DNA of 61,627 nt, filler included, from Hausera hauseri (lineage: Eukaryota): assembly GCA_046269625.1 (NCBI GenBank). It is 10 parts of 10 records of this genome, joined end to end, with 100 filler letters (N's around TTAATTAATTAA, not from the genome) between each part and the next. Parts side by side here need not be neighbours in the genome. Positions count along the whole stretch, not along the records: positions 1 to 6,650 come from JBJURY010078548.1; positions 6,751 to 10,724 come from JBJURY010846191.1; positions 10,825 to 17,397 come from JBJURY010085435.1; 7 more parts are not named here. One strand, given 5' to 3'. The translations under genes were made by a program, and so were the position numbers. This document shows positions 1-12,649 of this stretch, one piece after another. Each line of letters starts with the position of its first letter. Within the stretch, counting starts at the first letter, position 1. The notes beneath the pieces are model-generated. The model saw only the letters and a list, made by a program, of their open reading frames with translations. It did no database searches and had not been told where the DNA came from.

Positions 1-13
1 GTATAAGTCAGGT

Positions 14-985
14 TTGGGTAAGGATGATCCGGTCAGAAAAGCGCTAGATAAGATAGAGACTATGGTAACAAAGGTGGGCATAAACAACAGACATCAGAAT
101 ATCAGAACCTTTGTACAGCCATTCAGCGGAAGGGAAGCTAAAACATTTAAGACATGGTTGTCACAGACAGAAAAATATGCATATTTGGTGAAAGCCACGG
201 AGGAAGAACGAAAGGAATTGGCTTACATGACTTCGGACGGCTTAGCGAATGATTTCATTCGGCGAAGATTCACAGCGTACCCGGATGAAACCTGGGAAGA
301 ATTTAAAAAGACGCTTGCTAACAGATACGCCGAAGTTAGTGATGCACACTACGCGGTGGCAGCGCTAAGGAAGATCAGACAAGAAAAGGAAGAAGCGGTC
401 CAACTGTACGGGGATCGAATGTTAAACATGGCAGAGGAAGCGTACACTGGACAAAACATCATGTCTGAGGAAATAGGGAAATTATTAATCCCAATCTTTA
501 TCGATGGCTTAAGAAATACGAGAATCAAGATCAAATTGATGAAAGATGAGCCGAAAACTATACAAGCCACGATACAAACGGCAGTCGAAGAAGAAAACTT
601 CAATAAGAGAATCAACATGAGGTTAGGAAAGGAAAGATACGATGATCAAACCGAAGAACAAATGGACATAGATCACTACAGACCAAAGTGGCATAGAAGA
701 CAGTATGAACATGAACACCACAGAGGAAAATGGTACGACAACCGGAAGCTCATTCAGGAAGTGGAAACAGAAAGGAAGTGCTTTAGTTGTGGAAAACCGG
801 GACATTTTGCGAAGGTATGTCGGAATAGAATGACAAAACCGAGCAATGACAGACCGAAAGCAAGAAATAATGGAAGTTGTTACAGATGTGGAAAACCAGG
901 GCATTTTGCCAGGGTATGCAGAACAAGCAGTACGGAAGAAACTCGAGCCCCGAGGCAGCATGGAAATGGGAATCCTGCTGTGTAG
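14..985 (+). CDS. gag: Gag with two CCHC zinc knuckles
   Basis: Retrotransposon capsid-like segment (PFSG...W...W.EFK..L..RY; IRQEKEEAVQLY; FIDGL) and knuckles CFSCGKPGHFAKVC and CYRCGKPGHFARVC; true start may lie upstream. Confidence 0.9.
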   Translation: MGKDDPVRKALDKIETMVTKVGINNRHQNIRTFVQPFSGREAKTFKTWLSQTEKYAYLVKATEEERKELAYMTSDGLANDFIRRRFTAYPDETWEEFKKTLANRYAEVSDAHYAVAALRKIRQEKEEAVQLYGDRMLNMAEEAYTGQNIMSEEIGKLLIPIFIDGLRNTRIKIKLMKDEPKTIQATIQTAVEEENFNKRINMRLGKERYDDQTEEQMDIDHYRPKWHRRQYEHEHHRGKWYDNRKLIQEVETERKCFSCGKPGHFAKVCRNRMTKPSNDRPKARNNGSCYRCGKPGHFARVCRTSSTEETRAPRQHGNGNPAV

Positions 986-3900
986 AACGGCCGATACAGA
1001 GCAGGAGAACAGTAAGGGCCCACCAGAACGAACAATGGAAAAAATCGAGTTCACGGAACACTGAATATGATGGGCGAGAAAAGTATCCAAGAAAAATTAG
1101 AAATCGAAACATTATACCGATACAAGAAAGAGAAGAGAGATATAAGACTAGAATTATGAAGCGAGAGGAACCGTATGGGAACTATAGAGAAAAGTTACCG
1201 GGAAGAGATAATAAAAGGGAAAGTATGAGAAAAGATCAGCATGAAACATACTATGGAAGAAGTAGTGGAAGTTATGACAATACAAGAAGAGCGGTGAAGT
1301 TAAAAAGCAATAAGGTGGTTGAAACTCCAATTAGAAGGAACGGTTACCGAGAATATACTAGGATGAAAGGCAAAGAAACTGATAAAGGCAAGGAAACAGG
1401 AAATCGTAGAAACTGGTTGAAGACCAATAAACAGTGTGAGGAAACTAACTCGGAAGCAAGAAGTGAAGCAGTGAAAAAAGGCCGAGATGGAACAGGAAAT
1501 AAGCATAGTGAACCAAAACATAGTGAACCAGAGCCTATGGAGGTAGATGAGACCAGAAGCAAAGGGCATAGAAGAAAGAAAATAACCCCAAAGCAAATCT
1601 CACCCAGTCCCAAACGCAAGAAAGCCGTTAACATCCACGCCCCGATTCCAAAAGAACAACGTCCCCGGCCCGAACAACTAGAGATGGAGAGTATGAGAAC
1701 TGAAAGTAACAGAAGCGTGAACCAGAAGCAGAGATACGAAGTAAATGTTATTGAGGACCCAAGTTCATGCATTATATATTTCGGAAAAGTTAGGGTCAGA
1801 TGTTTAGTTGACACCGGTGCGCAAGTCAGCATCCTGAGCGAATGAGTATATCGAATGCTGAAAACCAAAGTGAAATTAACAAGGCAAGACGTCGACTTAA
1901 GATTCGTCTCCGGAAGTACCCTGAAAGTTTTGGGAAAGACCATGCTGGAATTTTATATTGGAGGGAAAATGATGAAACACGGTTTCCTAATAGTACGCAA
2001 TATGTGCAGAAGTGCTATCATTGGAAGGGATTTTCTCAAGAAGCATCAAGTACGAATTTATTTTGATTTAAAGAAAATAAAGGTAGGAGACCAATACGTA
2101 GACCTAGAAGACGACATACATATCGCTTCTATAGTTCGAGTCGGAAAGAAAATAACCATGAAACCAAACTCAGTAAATATTGTGGTGGCATCACTAAAAA
2201 GAAGCAGTTACTGGCAAGAAGGGGAGAATGTAACTAACACCACTAGAGGAGAAGGAGATAATCGAAGAGTCAGGTTTACAACCAGTGTGTGGGATTGTTA
2301 AACTAAACAAAAAAAGAGAAGTACCCGTGATGATTGTGAACTACACCGGAAAGACGATAACATTACAAAAGGAATGTATAGTAGCAAAAATAGATAAAAT
2401 GGACACGTTCACCTGTGCAGCAGTAAACATAACCAAGCAAACTAAGAAAGAGACTGCCCAAGAGAAACTGGACAAATATTGGGAAGAAAAGTTGAAAAGA
2501 AAGGTCCACCGAGACAGAGTGTTGGCAGAAATAAAAGAAGGGTTATGGAGACGAAGACAAGGACAATTAATAGCCGAAATTTAACAAGACGATGAAAGAA
2601 CCAAGAAGTTGTTGGAAACATTAAAAGTAGAGGAAAAACATAAAGCGTGCATCGAAAACTTCGTAAGGAAACATGCAGACGTCTTCGCGATCTTGGATAT
2701 GGAACTGGGAAGGACGCAGACAGTTACTATGAAGATAGAAATGGGAGACCATGCTCCTATAAGTTTGAAACCCTACCGCACCCCACTAGGAAACAGAGAA
2801 ATAGTTGAGAAAGCAGTGGAAGAGATGCTGCGTGCGGGCATTATCGAAAGGACGAGGTCTGAATGGTCATTTCCAGTGGTCATCGTATCAAAGAAAGATG
2901 GCAGCCACCGATTTTGCGTTGATTATCGGGCATTAAATGCCATCACGAGCAATGTCAGCTATCCGATGCCATTGATTGATGATATCTTAGGACTGTTAGA
3001 TGGCATGACCTATTTTACAACACTAGATGCCAGGTCGGGCTTTTGGTGTATTCCTATGTCGCCGGAGGCGAAAGAGAAAAGTGCTTTTTGCACGCACACA
3101 GGGCTTTATGCATGGAATGTGATGCCCTTCGGACTCAAAGGATCACCAGCAACATATATGTCCTTGATGAATGTTGTACTCGAAGGGATGCAAGCATACG
3201 CACTGGCTTACATCGACGACATTTTGATTTTTACCAAGAGCGATATAAAAGATCATTTGGAACACGTGGAGAGGGTATTTAATCGACTGAGAGAACATAA
3301 GGTAAAACTGAAGTTGAACAAATGTGAATTTTTAAAAGAAGAGACAAAATATTTGGGTTTTGTAATCACCCAACAGGGAGTGAAAGTAGATAATGAAAAA
3401 GTGGTAGCGATTAGATCTATGGCAGCACCAAGAAACACCAAAGAAGTACGTGGATTCTTAGGTACTTGCGGATACTATCGGAGGTTCATTCCAAACTTCT
3501 CCGTAATTGCCGAGCCGTTAGTAGCACTAACAAGGAAGTTTGCTCGTTTCCGCTGGGATGAAAACTGCCAGAAAGCGTTTGAATATCTAAAGGAAAGCTT
3601 AACAGTTGTACTTCTACTGACGTATCCAAATACGAACAAGGAATATGTATTATTTACAGATGCTTCCGATTTTGCTGTAGGAGCAGTACTGGCACAGAAG
3701 GATGGTGAAGAGATGGTACAAGGAAAAAAGGTAGATAAGGAAAAGCCAATATACTTCTTGTCCCACCGATTAACCAAATTTCAACGAAAGTGGTCAGTTA
3801 CAGAAAAAGAAGCATATGCGATACATTATGCCTTACAGAAACTAAACTTTTATTTGCACAATAGCAAATTTACAATTAGAACGGATCATACGCCATTGAA

Positions 3901-5308
3901 GGCTATGATGAAAGCGGTTGTGCAAAATAAGAGAATACAGACATGGATTTTAAACCTACAAGGTTACAATATGAACATCGAATATATTCCCGGACTGCAG
4001 AATACCATCGCAGATTTATTGTCAAGAATTCCAGAAGAACCACATGAAGAGAATAAGGAAAAAGGCACCCCAGAGATAGATGAACATACACTGCAAATTT
4101 CAGCAGTTAGCACGACTGAAACAAAAGTGGACAAGATAAGAGAACCAGAAGTAGAATCCGGTGAGGGAGACGAGAAAGAAATAAATATGAAGTTAGAACA
4201 GTTGAAAGATGAAGAGTTGAAGAACATCATTGAAGATTTACACTCAGGGGTGGAAGAAAAGTTAAAAAAGTAGAAAAGGTTTATACTAGATGATGAAGAA
4301 TTATATCGAGTAGGTAGCGAGGAAAAAAGAAATTTCCAATTGTGCATACCACAGCATCTGAAGAAGTGGGTGATACGAGAACACCATGACAAAATAGGAC
4401 ATTTGGGCAGAGATAGGACAGCAGAGTTGATTAGCCGGAAATATTATTGGAGAAATATGCTGCAGGAAATAGGGAATTATGTCAAGAACTGTGAACCCTG
4501 CAAGCTACGAAATATGGAAGTGTTAAAACATCCTATTCAGGAACCCGAATATGCAAGTTTTCCCATGGAGAAAGTAAGTCTCGATTTGTCTGGACCCCAC
4601 CCATTAAGAGCTTCAGGGAACAAACACATCCTGCATACAGTGGATATTTATAGTGGATGGCCCGAGCTATATGCGTTGCCTGATAAAACAGCGGAAAATG
4701 TAGTTGACATTCTAGTAGGAAAATTCATAACCAGATATGGATGCCCCAAAATAATTGTAACGGATAATGGCAGAGAATTCGTCAACCAGGTGATGAGAAA
4801 CACGCTAAAAGCGCTAAACATCAAACACATACGAACATCCGTGTATAATCCAGGCGCGAATGGAGTTAACGAAAGACAGCATTCCACACTATATGATGTT
4901 ATCGCAAAATATACCCAAGACCAGCCAAAGGAGTGGGACATGCACCTGAGTCAGGCAGCAATGGTGGTCCGAGTTATGGAAAACGGTAGTCGAAAATATT
5001 CTCCATACGAAATGTTATTCGGTAGAGAACCGACCCTCCCTATCGATAACTTGTTAAGACCAAGGCCTAAATATCAGGGTGAAGAGTTTTACAAATACCA
5101 ACTTCAGAAATTGCATGAAATCATGGTGAAAGTTAGTAGGAATGTGAGAGAAGCTTTTCTGAAGAGAAAAAATATAACGAACCGAAGACAGTACAACAAG
5201 ATTTTGAAGTCGGTGAAAAAGTATACTACCGCAAGAATAAGAAAAGTTCAAAACTTGAAAATAACTGGATACCGGGATACAAGATCCTTGAGAAGACAGG
5301 ACCCATAA
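877..5308 (+). pseudogene. pol: Pol polyprotein (protease, RT, RNase H, integrase), disrupted
   Basis: LVDTGA protease; RT FCVDYRALN, MPFGL, YIDD; RNase H TDASD, EKEAYA, TDH, ADLLSR; integrase HHDKIGH..CEPC, DLSGP, TDNGREF, NGVNER. Stops at ~1843, ~2582, ~4271 and frameshifts near ~2240 and ~5190. Pol frame is -1 relative to gag. Confidence 0.93.
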
Positions 5309-5316
5309 CATATGTA

Positions 5317-6573
5317 GTGGTTAACCAACAAACAGGACACGAAGCAACGACTACCACCACCCAACTCAGAAAAGATGATCAAACATTCCCAGAGGAACCC
5401 AAAGTAGAAAACAAGAGTGACATGTGTAAATCAAGATACGTGGTTCCCCCACTCAGTGGAAGCGAATCAGAAACATCGGTAGAAACAAGCCAAAGTGACG
5501 AAGAAACATCCGAAGAAGAGAGCGAAAGCGAGACGCGGTATGCAATAGCAGGTCCATATCGAACCGGAAAAGAAACACGAGCGAGAAATGAAACTGAACC
5601 AAGAACAGATAAAGAAACGAACACGTATGCACCTTATATGAATACCAGAGCAGCAGCGAGGAGAAGATTCGAAGAAGCTCGCAATCAGCAGTTGAAGAGG
5701 AGAAGAACTATAAGAAGCAATTCATCCGATGATAGTGATATACCGTACCTAGAAAGGAAACGACGTTTAGAAGACAGAGAAAGAAGAGAGAGGCAAGAAG
5801 CTCAAGAAACGCATGGAGATGATGAAGAAAATCAGAGCGACTTAGAAGATAGCAGTTCAGAAACTTTGGTAGACGACACTGATACAGAAACGTCAGAGTT
5901 AGACCAAATGGTGAAAAGATTAAAAAGGTTACGGGATTCGAGCACATCAACAGAAGACGAACCAAAAGCTAAAATTACTCGACAAGCAGAATTGAGAAGG
6001 AAACATATAAAGAAAGCAGAAGAGATTAAGAAGAAGCAAGAAAGGGAAAGGAGACAAGCAGAAGCTCGTATAGAGGAAATACACCGAACAGCAGATGGAA
6101 AAGATAGGGAAGTTCAAGACATAAGGAAAACTATCGAAAAGTTAAACGACGACAAAATGAAAGTGGATATGAAAGTTGAATTGCAAGACAAGGTAAGGGA
6201 AGTAGAAAGCCGTTTGGCCCAACTAGAAGAAGAAAATGCCGAAAAGATAGACATTATAAAAAAGCTAAGAAAGCAGTTGACGGAATTAGTCAGTCAAAAA
6301 GAACCACCATGCACAGTAAGGAAGAAAAAGGTGAGACGCGTGAAACAGAAAACAGGAGAAAGTATGGAAAGCGAAGACGCAGAAGAAAGTACACAGGGTA
6401 AAAGTCGACCAAAAGAAATAGCCGAAGTAGAAGATAAATCGCTGAGTAAAGGGCAAACTGCCATTCATTCAGTAGTAAGCGAGGTAGTAGTCAGCAAGGA
6501 TAAAAGGGAAAGAGAGTCAGAGAATATCGCTAAACTATTTGATGTTATGCAAATGATGATGAAGTTAGCATAA
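5317..6573 (+). CDS. Acidic/coiled-coil extension downstream of integrase (probably the frameshifted Pol C-terminal tail)
   Basis: 418-aa open frame that continues the post-integrase frame (..NWIPGYKILEKTGPITYVV..); Ser/Glu-rich then heptad-like K/E/Q-rich. Confidence 0.55.
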   Translation: MVNQQTGHEATTTTTQLRKDDQTFPEEPKVENKSDMCKSRYVVPPLSGSESETSVETSQSDEETSEEESESETRYAIAGPYRTGKETRARNETEPRTDKETNTYAPYMNTRAAARRRFEEARNQQLKRRRTIRSNSSDDSDIPYLERKRRLEDRERRERQEAQETHGDDEENQSDLEDSSSETLVDDTDTETSELDQMVKRLKRLRDSSTSTEDEPKAKITRQAELRRKHIKKAEEIKKKQERERRQAEARIEEIHRTADGKDREVQDIRKTIEKLNDDKMKVDMKVELQDKVREVESRLAQLEEENAEKIDIIKKLRKQLTELVSQKEPPCTVRKKKVRRVKQKTGESMESEDAEESTQGKSRPKEIAEVEDKSLSKGQTAIHSVVSEVVVSKDKRERESENIAKLFDVMQMMMKLA

Positions 6574-6650
6574 CGGTAATAAGGAATGTATAATTCCACA
6601 GATAACAATGAACACGCATCAATTGATGATCACAGTCCTTGTAAGCTGGA

Positions 6651-6750
6651 NNNNNNNNNNNNNNNNNNNNNNNNNNNNNNNNNNNNNNNNNNNNTTAATT
6701 AATTAANNNNNNNNNNNNNNNNNNNNNNNNNNNNNNNNNNNNNNNNNNNN
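6651..6750. other. Artificial contig-joining spacer; identical spacers at 10725-10824, 17398-17497, 22211-22310, 26652-26751, 34430-34529, 44753-44852, 50510-50609, 57353-57452
   Basis: Exactly 44 N + TTAATTAATTAA (stops in all six frames) + 44 N, nine times. Confidence 0.98.
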
Positions 6751-9700
6751 CAATTTCATTTACAATGGCTTAAAGCCAATCATATTACCGATTCTTTCTT
6801 GCGCGCCAACAGCTTGTTACTTCTTCTACCAACAAATATCAAGCACCAAATCAATAATCTTGCTGATATCCTTACTTTTTCAACACCATATTACATTTTT
6901 ATCAGTCTGTTCTTAATATTACCTATCTATAGATTGATAATGTGATACAGAAGTACTTTAAGGAACATGCTATAGGCAATCAAAAGTCTTCTGACTTTCT
7001 GCAGACCTCTGTTTCACGCATAAGTGCTCATGACGTTACTTCCACCAACAATGCAGACTTGCTTCGTTGTTATTTCCTCTCCTCCTTGTCCACTTCCATC
7101 AGAGCTCTCCTTAGTGTCGTTGACGACTCGAGGGCGATTGAAAAACCCTCACTATTGGCTTATAAAAGTTTCTAAATTTTACAAACTAAAAAACTCAAAA
7201 CTCGCAGCTTCAGCCACCACGCTTACTCCATCGCACATAGACACGACTGTTTTCGCACAGCAACAACAATTAATGCAGAAACAACACGATACTCTACAAC
7301 ACTCAATTTCAGCAATCACGGTCAAACTAAGTAATCTATCTATGTCTCGGCGAGATGAGACCCGTGCATCGCATGAGCGTAGCCTCTCCAGGAACTCATT
7401 TCGTTTTAAATCCCTGGGTGGAAGAATGACTTGTTTTATCACAATAAATTTCTCAAAAACGCAGAGAAATGTCCCTTAGGCTGTAAATTTTATGACAAGC
7501 GTTTTGCGTTGGACGCCCTATTTGCATTTAACACACAAAATTTCACTCTCTAACCAGATCGTGTGTTCCGAGATGTAAATATAACAAAAACAACTTTAGT
7601 TTTTCTTCATCATCTTCTCTTCCAACTTCTTCTTATCATTCATTTTCTATTCCTCCATAATCTTCAAAAAACTAAAAACGCCGCCAGATGTCACGGCATA
7701 TTCGGACATAGGCAGTACCGCTCGGTCGTCTGGCCGTCTTAACACCGCCTCCGCAGTTTTTCTGTTAAAAACTACACTGTTTTCTAGCAATATCCCACAT
7801 ATCGATTTTCTTATCGATTCAGGAAGTGCCTTTTCACTCCTTCCTTTGTTTTTCGCCCCTACATCCACTGCAATTTCTTCTCCCCCTCTTTTGGCTGCCA
7901 GTGGTCAACCTTTGCGGATCACAGGTACCGCAGAACTGGTTTTTACATTTTCAAACTTACCAGGCAAGTTTGTCTGGAAATTCAACGTGGTCAATATTAA
8001 ATCGTCAATAATCGGCTCGGATTTTTTGGCCGCAAACGACCTGCTAGTTGACTGCAAGTATGGCTGTTTGCTACGTAGGGACTCCGTCGTAAATGTTAAC
8101 AATTGTCTACAAGACAGCTCAACAGGCATTTCGTCTGCGAACTCACATGTAAATTTGGAAAATTGCTCGTCGGTTGATAACGATACATTTAGCAGTTTAT
8201 CTATTTTCTCAATTACATCTCAAATATCGAAGTCGATTTTAAAGCAGTCGGTTTAACCGAATGTTGCTGGAGGCGATGTCGTTCGTTCTTTGCCAATTAG
8301 AGTCACCGTCTCTTCTGCTAATATGCCTCTATCATTTTTATCACTAGATCCCAATCTCAAATCCTACATCATTTCTTCTTGTTCTCGCATACCAAAAAAG
8401 GACTCTAGTTTTAAGCCCCCATCAACAACTTATCACCACATTGTCACCCAATACCAAAGACCTATCAGACAAAAGATGAGATCATTATCGCCTGGTAGAC
8501 GAAAAACCGTGCAATTAGAGTTCAACGAACTCGAAAAATCTAGTATCATTCAGAGGTCAAAATCACCATGGGCTTCACCATTACAAGTAGTATCAAAAAA
8601 AATGGTATCTTTCGACAATGTGGCGACTACCGTCAAGTAAACTATCTAACCATTATGGATTCTTATCCATAACCGCTCATAAAAGACATCCTGCACAGCG
8701 CTTAACAGCACCAATACGTATTCCACAATAGATTTGCACAAAGCCTACCATCAAATTCCCGTTGCACCCTATGACATTCCAAAGACTGCTGTCACCACTC
8801 CATTTGGCCTGTACGAATACGTCTTTATGCCATTCGGTTTACGTAATGCAGCCAAAACCTTTTAACGCCACATCGACACCGTTTTCTCAGGCCTTTATTT
8901 TGATCAACCGTACATTGATGACATGTTAGTTACCTTCAACTCCGTCAAACAACACCATGAACATCTCCAAATTATTTTTCACAGACTACATCATAGCAAG
9001 TTACAAGTTAACTTCTCCAAGTGCAGTTTTTTTCAGAAACTCCTCACGGCTACTTGCCACAACCTGATTGACTACAGCAATTGAAAAATGTAACACTACA
9101 GATATAAGGAGTTTTCTTGACACATAACATTTCGTCAATAAATACGTAATGCATTGCTCTAAGCTTACATCACCTTTCGCACACCTCTCATCTGGAAAGA
9201 AAAGATAGTTAATCCAGTGGACTCCCCATTTAGTCTCCAAATTCGATCGCTTACTTGAAGGCCTAAAAAGCGTTGAAATACTGGCCTATCCAAAACCTGA
9301 CGCAGCTGATACTTACCACCGATGCCTCTACTACAGCTGCTGGTGCAATACTACCAACAGATTTCCAACGGCGTCAATGAACCTTTAGAATTTTACTTTC
9401 GAAAACTCACACAACCAGAAAGCCGATATTCAACATTCGATCGCCAGATACTAGCCATAGTTCTGGCAGTAAAACATTTCAAACATCTCCTACTCCCTCG
9501 TACATTTGTCATCCAAATCGAACACAAGCCTCTGCTGCACATAATGTCACTAAAACAGCCATAATCGCGGCAGAAACGACAGATATCGTACCTATCTACA
9601 TTTAGTTTTATCATAAAGTATATTTCAGGTACCGAGAATTTAGTCGCGGATTTTCTATTGCGGTCGGTCGGTTCAATTACGGTGGAACCAATATTTTCTG

Positions 9701-10490
9701 CCGAAATTTTAAAGCTCAATCAGCCGTCTGCTGATATTCTTAGCTCTTTTAAATCCTTTGAAATCATTGATGGCATTGCATACGACACATTTATTTCCGG
9801 TAATAAAAAAATTATTCTTGCTCCTTCTTTGCAGAAACCATCTTTCCTTCACACGCATTCACTTCATCATCCAGGCTCAAAAGCCACGTTTCGCTTGCTC
9901 CAACGTCATATAGTTTGACCAAAAATGCGCAAAGATGTACAGGTCTGGATTAAGGAATGCGTAGCCTGTCAAAAATACAAAATTAGCAAAGACCTTAAAC
10001 CGTAGCGTTTCCATTTCCCCTGTACATTACGTTTTCATACCTCTCATCTTGATCTGGTTGGCCCTTTATCTTTTGACAACAGCCATCAATATATTCTTAC
10101 TATGATGGATCGTGCTTCTCGCTGGTCTGAAGCCGTTTCTCTGCGTTCAACGAACACTGATTCAGTAGCCAATGCCTTCATAAAAATCTAGATCAGTCGT
10201 TTCGGTTCCCCACATTATATAATAACGGATCAAGGTTCGCAATTTGAGTCGGAACTTTTCAAATCACTTGTTAAACGCTTGAGGATATCCCATTTCTATA
10301 CAACAACATATTATTCTCAAGCAAATGGCCTCCTTGAAAGGTTCCATCGAACAATGAAAATTGGACGTCCATTCTACCATTTGTTCTACTAGAGTGGAGC
10401 AACACACCTTCAACTACCACCGGTTGTCTTCCAGCCGAGGCACATTTTGGGATGCCAATACGGGCTCTGTTTGAACTTTCCGACCTCGGC
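6751..10490 (+). mobile_element. Degenerate Ty3/Gypsy element, family B copy 1 (gag-pol remnant)
   Basis: FLIDSGS protease (~7805), IIGSDFL, SPWASPL, MPFGLRNA, YIDD, YSTFDR, HSLHHPG, DLVGP, TDQGSQFES, ANGLLERFHR; many stops and frameshifts; gag homologous to 31720-32600 and 15480-16040. Confidence 0.9.
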
Positions 10491-10649
10491 GAAATGTAAC
10501 ATAAAATGTATGTACATAATGTGCGTCCAAATGTAATATTACTGTCATTACTGTTAACTATATTAAATGTGCATGTACAAATGTAACATTACTTGTGCAA
10601 TTTTTTTGTCACCGTGTCATTTGTAGTGTAATAGATTTGCCATTGTGCG

Positions 10650-10724
<75 letters not shown>
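10650..10724. repeat. (TATC)n microsatellite at contig end
   Basis: About 18-19 perfect tetranucleotide units. Confidence 0.97.
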
Positions 10725-11883
10725 NNNNNNNNNNNNNNNNNNNNNNNNNNNNNNNNNNNNNNNNNNNNTTAATTAATTAANNNNNNNNNNNNNNNNNNNN
10801 NNNNNNNNNNNNNNNNNNNNNNNNTGCCGCAGCTTTTGTAGACTTTTTAATCTGGACACACCTGATGAAAACTGAGTGCTAAACATGACTGGTGATCAAT
10901 TTTACGGCTAGTGACAAGCGAGGATACTGGAATATGCTAAAACTGTTTTGCTAAAGTTGCTAACGTGCCAAGCTACAAGCTAAACAAGCAAATGCATTAC
11001 CATATTCATAACACTGATCAGACTTCAGTAAGAAAAGACTATAAAGTCAGAAAGGAATAAGACGGCATGTTATGATCGAGACTGAAAACCTCAAAATTGA
11101 CGAATATGGATGGCTGTGAGTGTATAAATTGTTTTAATGTTTCAATGTGCATAATTACAATTTTCTGACAAAAAAATTACACTGAGTATTCAAATTCTGA
11201 ATGGAAAGAAGTTATTTTGTATTTAAAATTGTTGTGTACGTCAGAATTTTGTTCGATTCAAATCCGTTATGTATCATAAAAAGAATTGGTTACGTCAGGC
11301 GGCATTTTACCGCAGTTTTATTTCAATAAATTTGATACTGAAAAGAACTCAACTTACAATAAGTGTGTAAAGGTAAGAAAATTTTACCATGGTAGTGATC
11401 TGAAATTACTCATTCTACAAGCTGTTTGTTTTTCTGATCAAGTTCTGTATATTTTCAGCATTGAACATTTAATTAACGATGTTATTTGTGAAAAAACATT
11501 ATCGGTTATGACTCAGAAAGATTTCCATGTTAAAGAAGGGACCGTCCTGTATTTGGGAGACATAAAACGCAGTTTTAAAAAAGATGACTATATGATGTTT
11601 GTGGTACCCACATTGGTTCACCTAAAATTCGAAAATTTATGTAGATAAAATTTTTTGTTTTAATATTCGGAACGAGTTAAAAATGTAGTCTAAAAAATTT
11701 TCAAATACAAGTTTTTCAATCTTTAGTCTACAATTCTTGTTTTTAATTTGACATTCCTTTATTCGATTTCGTGATGTCATGAAACATTTTAATGTAAAAT
11801 CAGATGACTCTACTTTATACGAGAGAGTATTTTAGTTTATTTGTTCAACACAATTTCTAGAAAATTTTTTCTCTCATTTCGAC

Positions 11884-12425
11884 TGTTATAGAAAAGGCCA
11901 GTCGATCGATATCGACTGTAGCCAAGCCCAGGAGGAAGAAGCTAATGATAAATGTAAATAAATAGATTAGGTTTCTGTAAATGCCATACGGCAGATTATT
12001 CTGTGTATTCATATTAGAAATTGATTAGCAAATAAATGCCAATAAATGCCGTTAACCCGAATAAAATGTGTGGCAGTAGATTTAGTTGGTAGAAAATGTA
12101 AATTAAAATAACGCCCACATGGAACGGCATTATATAAACCGGTGTTTCTGATAGCAAGGAAGAACATTTTGTATCGACTTAGGAGTCGGTTATAAAAGTA
12201 AAAACAAATAGAAAATTCCTGTTGGTGAAGCTATTAGTGTGACGAAGTAAAAGATCGTTGAACTTTGAAATCTATTGGCAATTCAGTATTCGAATTTATC
12301 TGACGTTATTATTTATTCGTGTTACTTATTACGTGTATCGGAAAATTATACTGTAAGTATTAATTTCTTCTGGTTTTAAAATTCCCTATAGTTTTTCACC
12401 GGCCCTTAAGGCTGGTTTGACAACA
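11884..12425 (+). repeat. Possible solo LTR
   Basis: TGTT...AACA termini and an internal TATATAAA; no target-site duplication or second copy seen. Confidence 0.3.
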
Positions 12426-12649
12426 TTAAGGATAAAATCTTACTCAAACTTAAATAGGTACAAGACTATTAATTAAAATCGTGCACAGGATACGGCAAGC
12501 AGTACACGCATTATTAAAATCATCACATATTGGCACATTCATTTAACGAGAACGTTAAATCGAATCTGCGTAAGCTATTCAAATTTAAGAGTAAACTACT
12601 GTTATATAGTGGGAGATCGTTAAGGGCCACCCCAATATATAACAAAACT

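Larger units (their letters stand above)
1..6650 (+). mobile_element. Ty3/Gypsy LTR retrotransposon (family A), internal region; LTRs not in contig
   Basis: gag followed by PR-RT-RNaseH-IN in Gypsy order; a few stops and frameshifts; both ends cut by contig limits. Confidence 0.95.

Noticed and set aside
349-6468. Minus-strand ORFs over elements A and C (e.g. 623-1090, 1344-1943, 44297-44746) and plus-strand 25480-26160
   Set aside because: Antisense shadows of biased coding strands; no motifs
6569-6610. Shared CATAACGGT...GATAAC after the pol stop in element A and element C (42621-42641)
   Set aside because: Short, differently spaced and seen only twice; chance cannot be excluded
11286-11648. 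120-aa ORF as a host gene
   Set aside because: No recognisable motif or supportable exon structure
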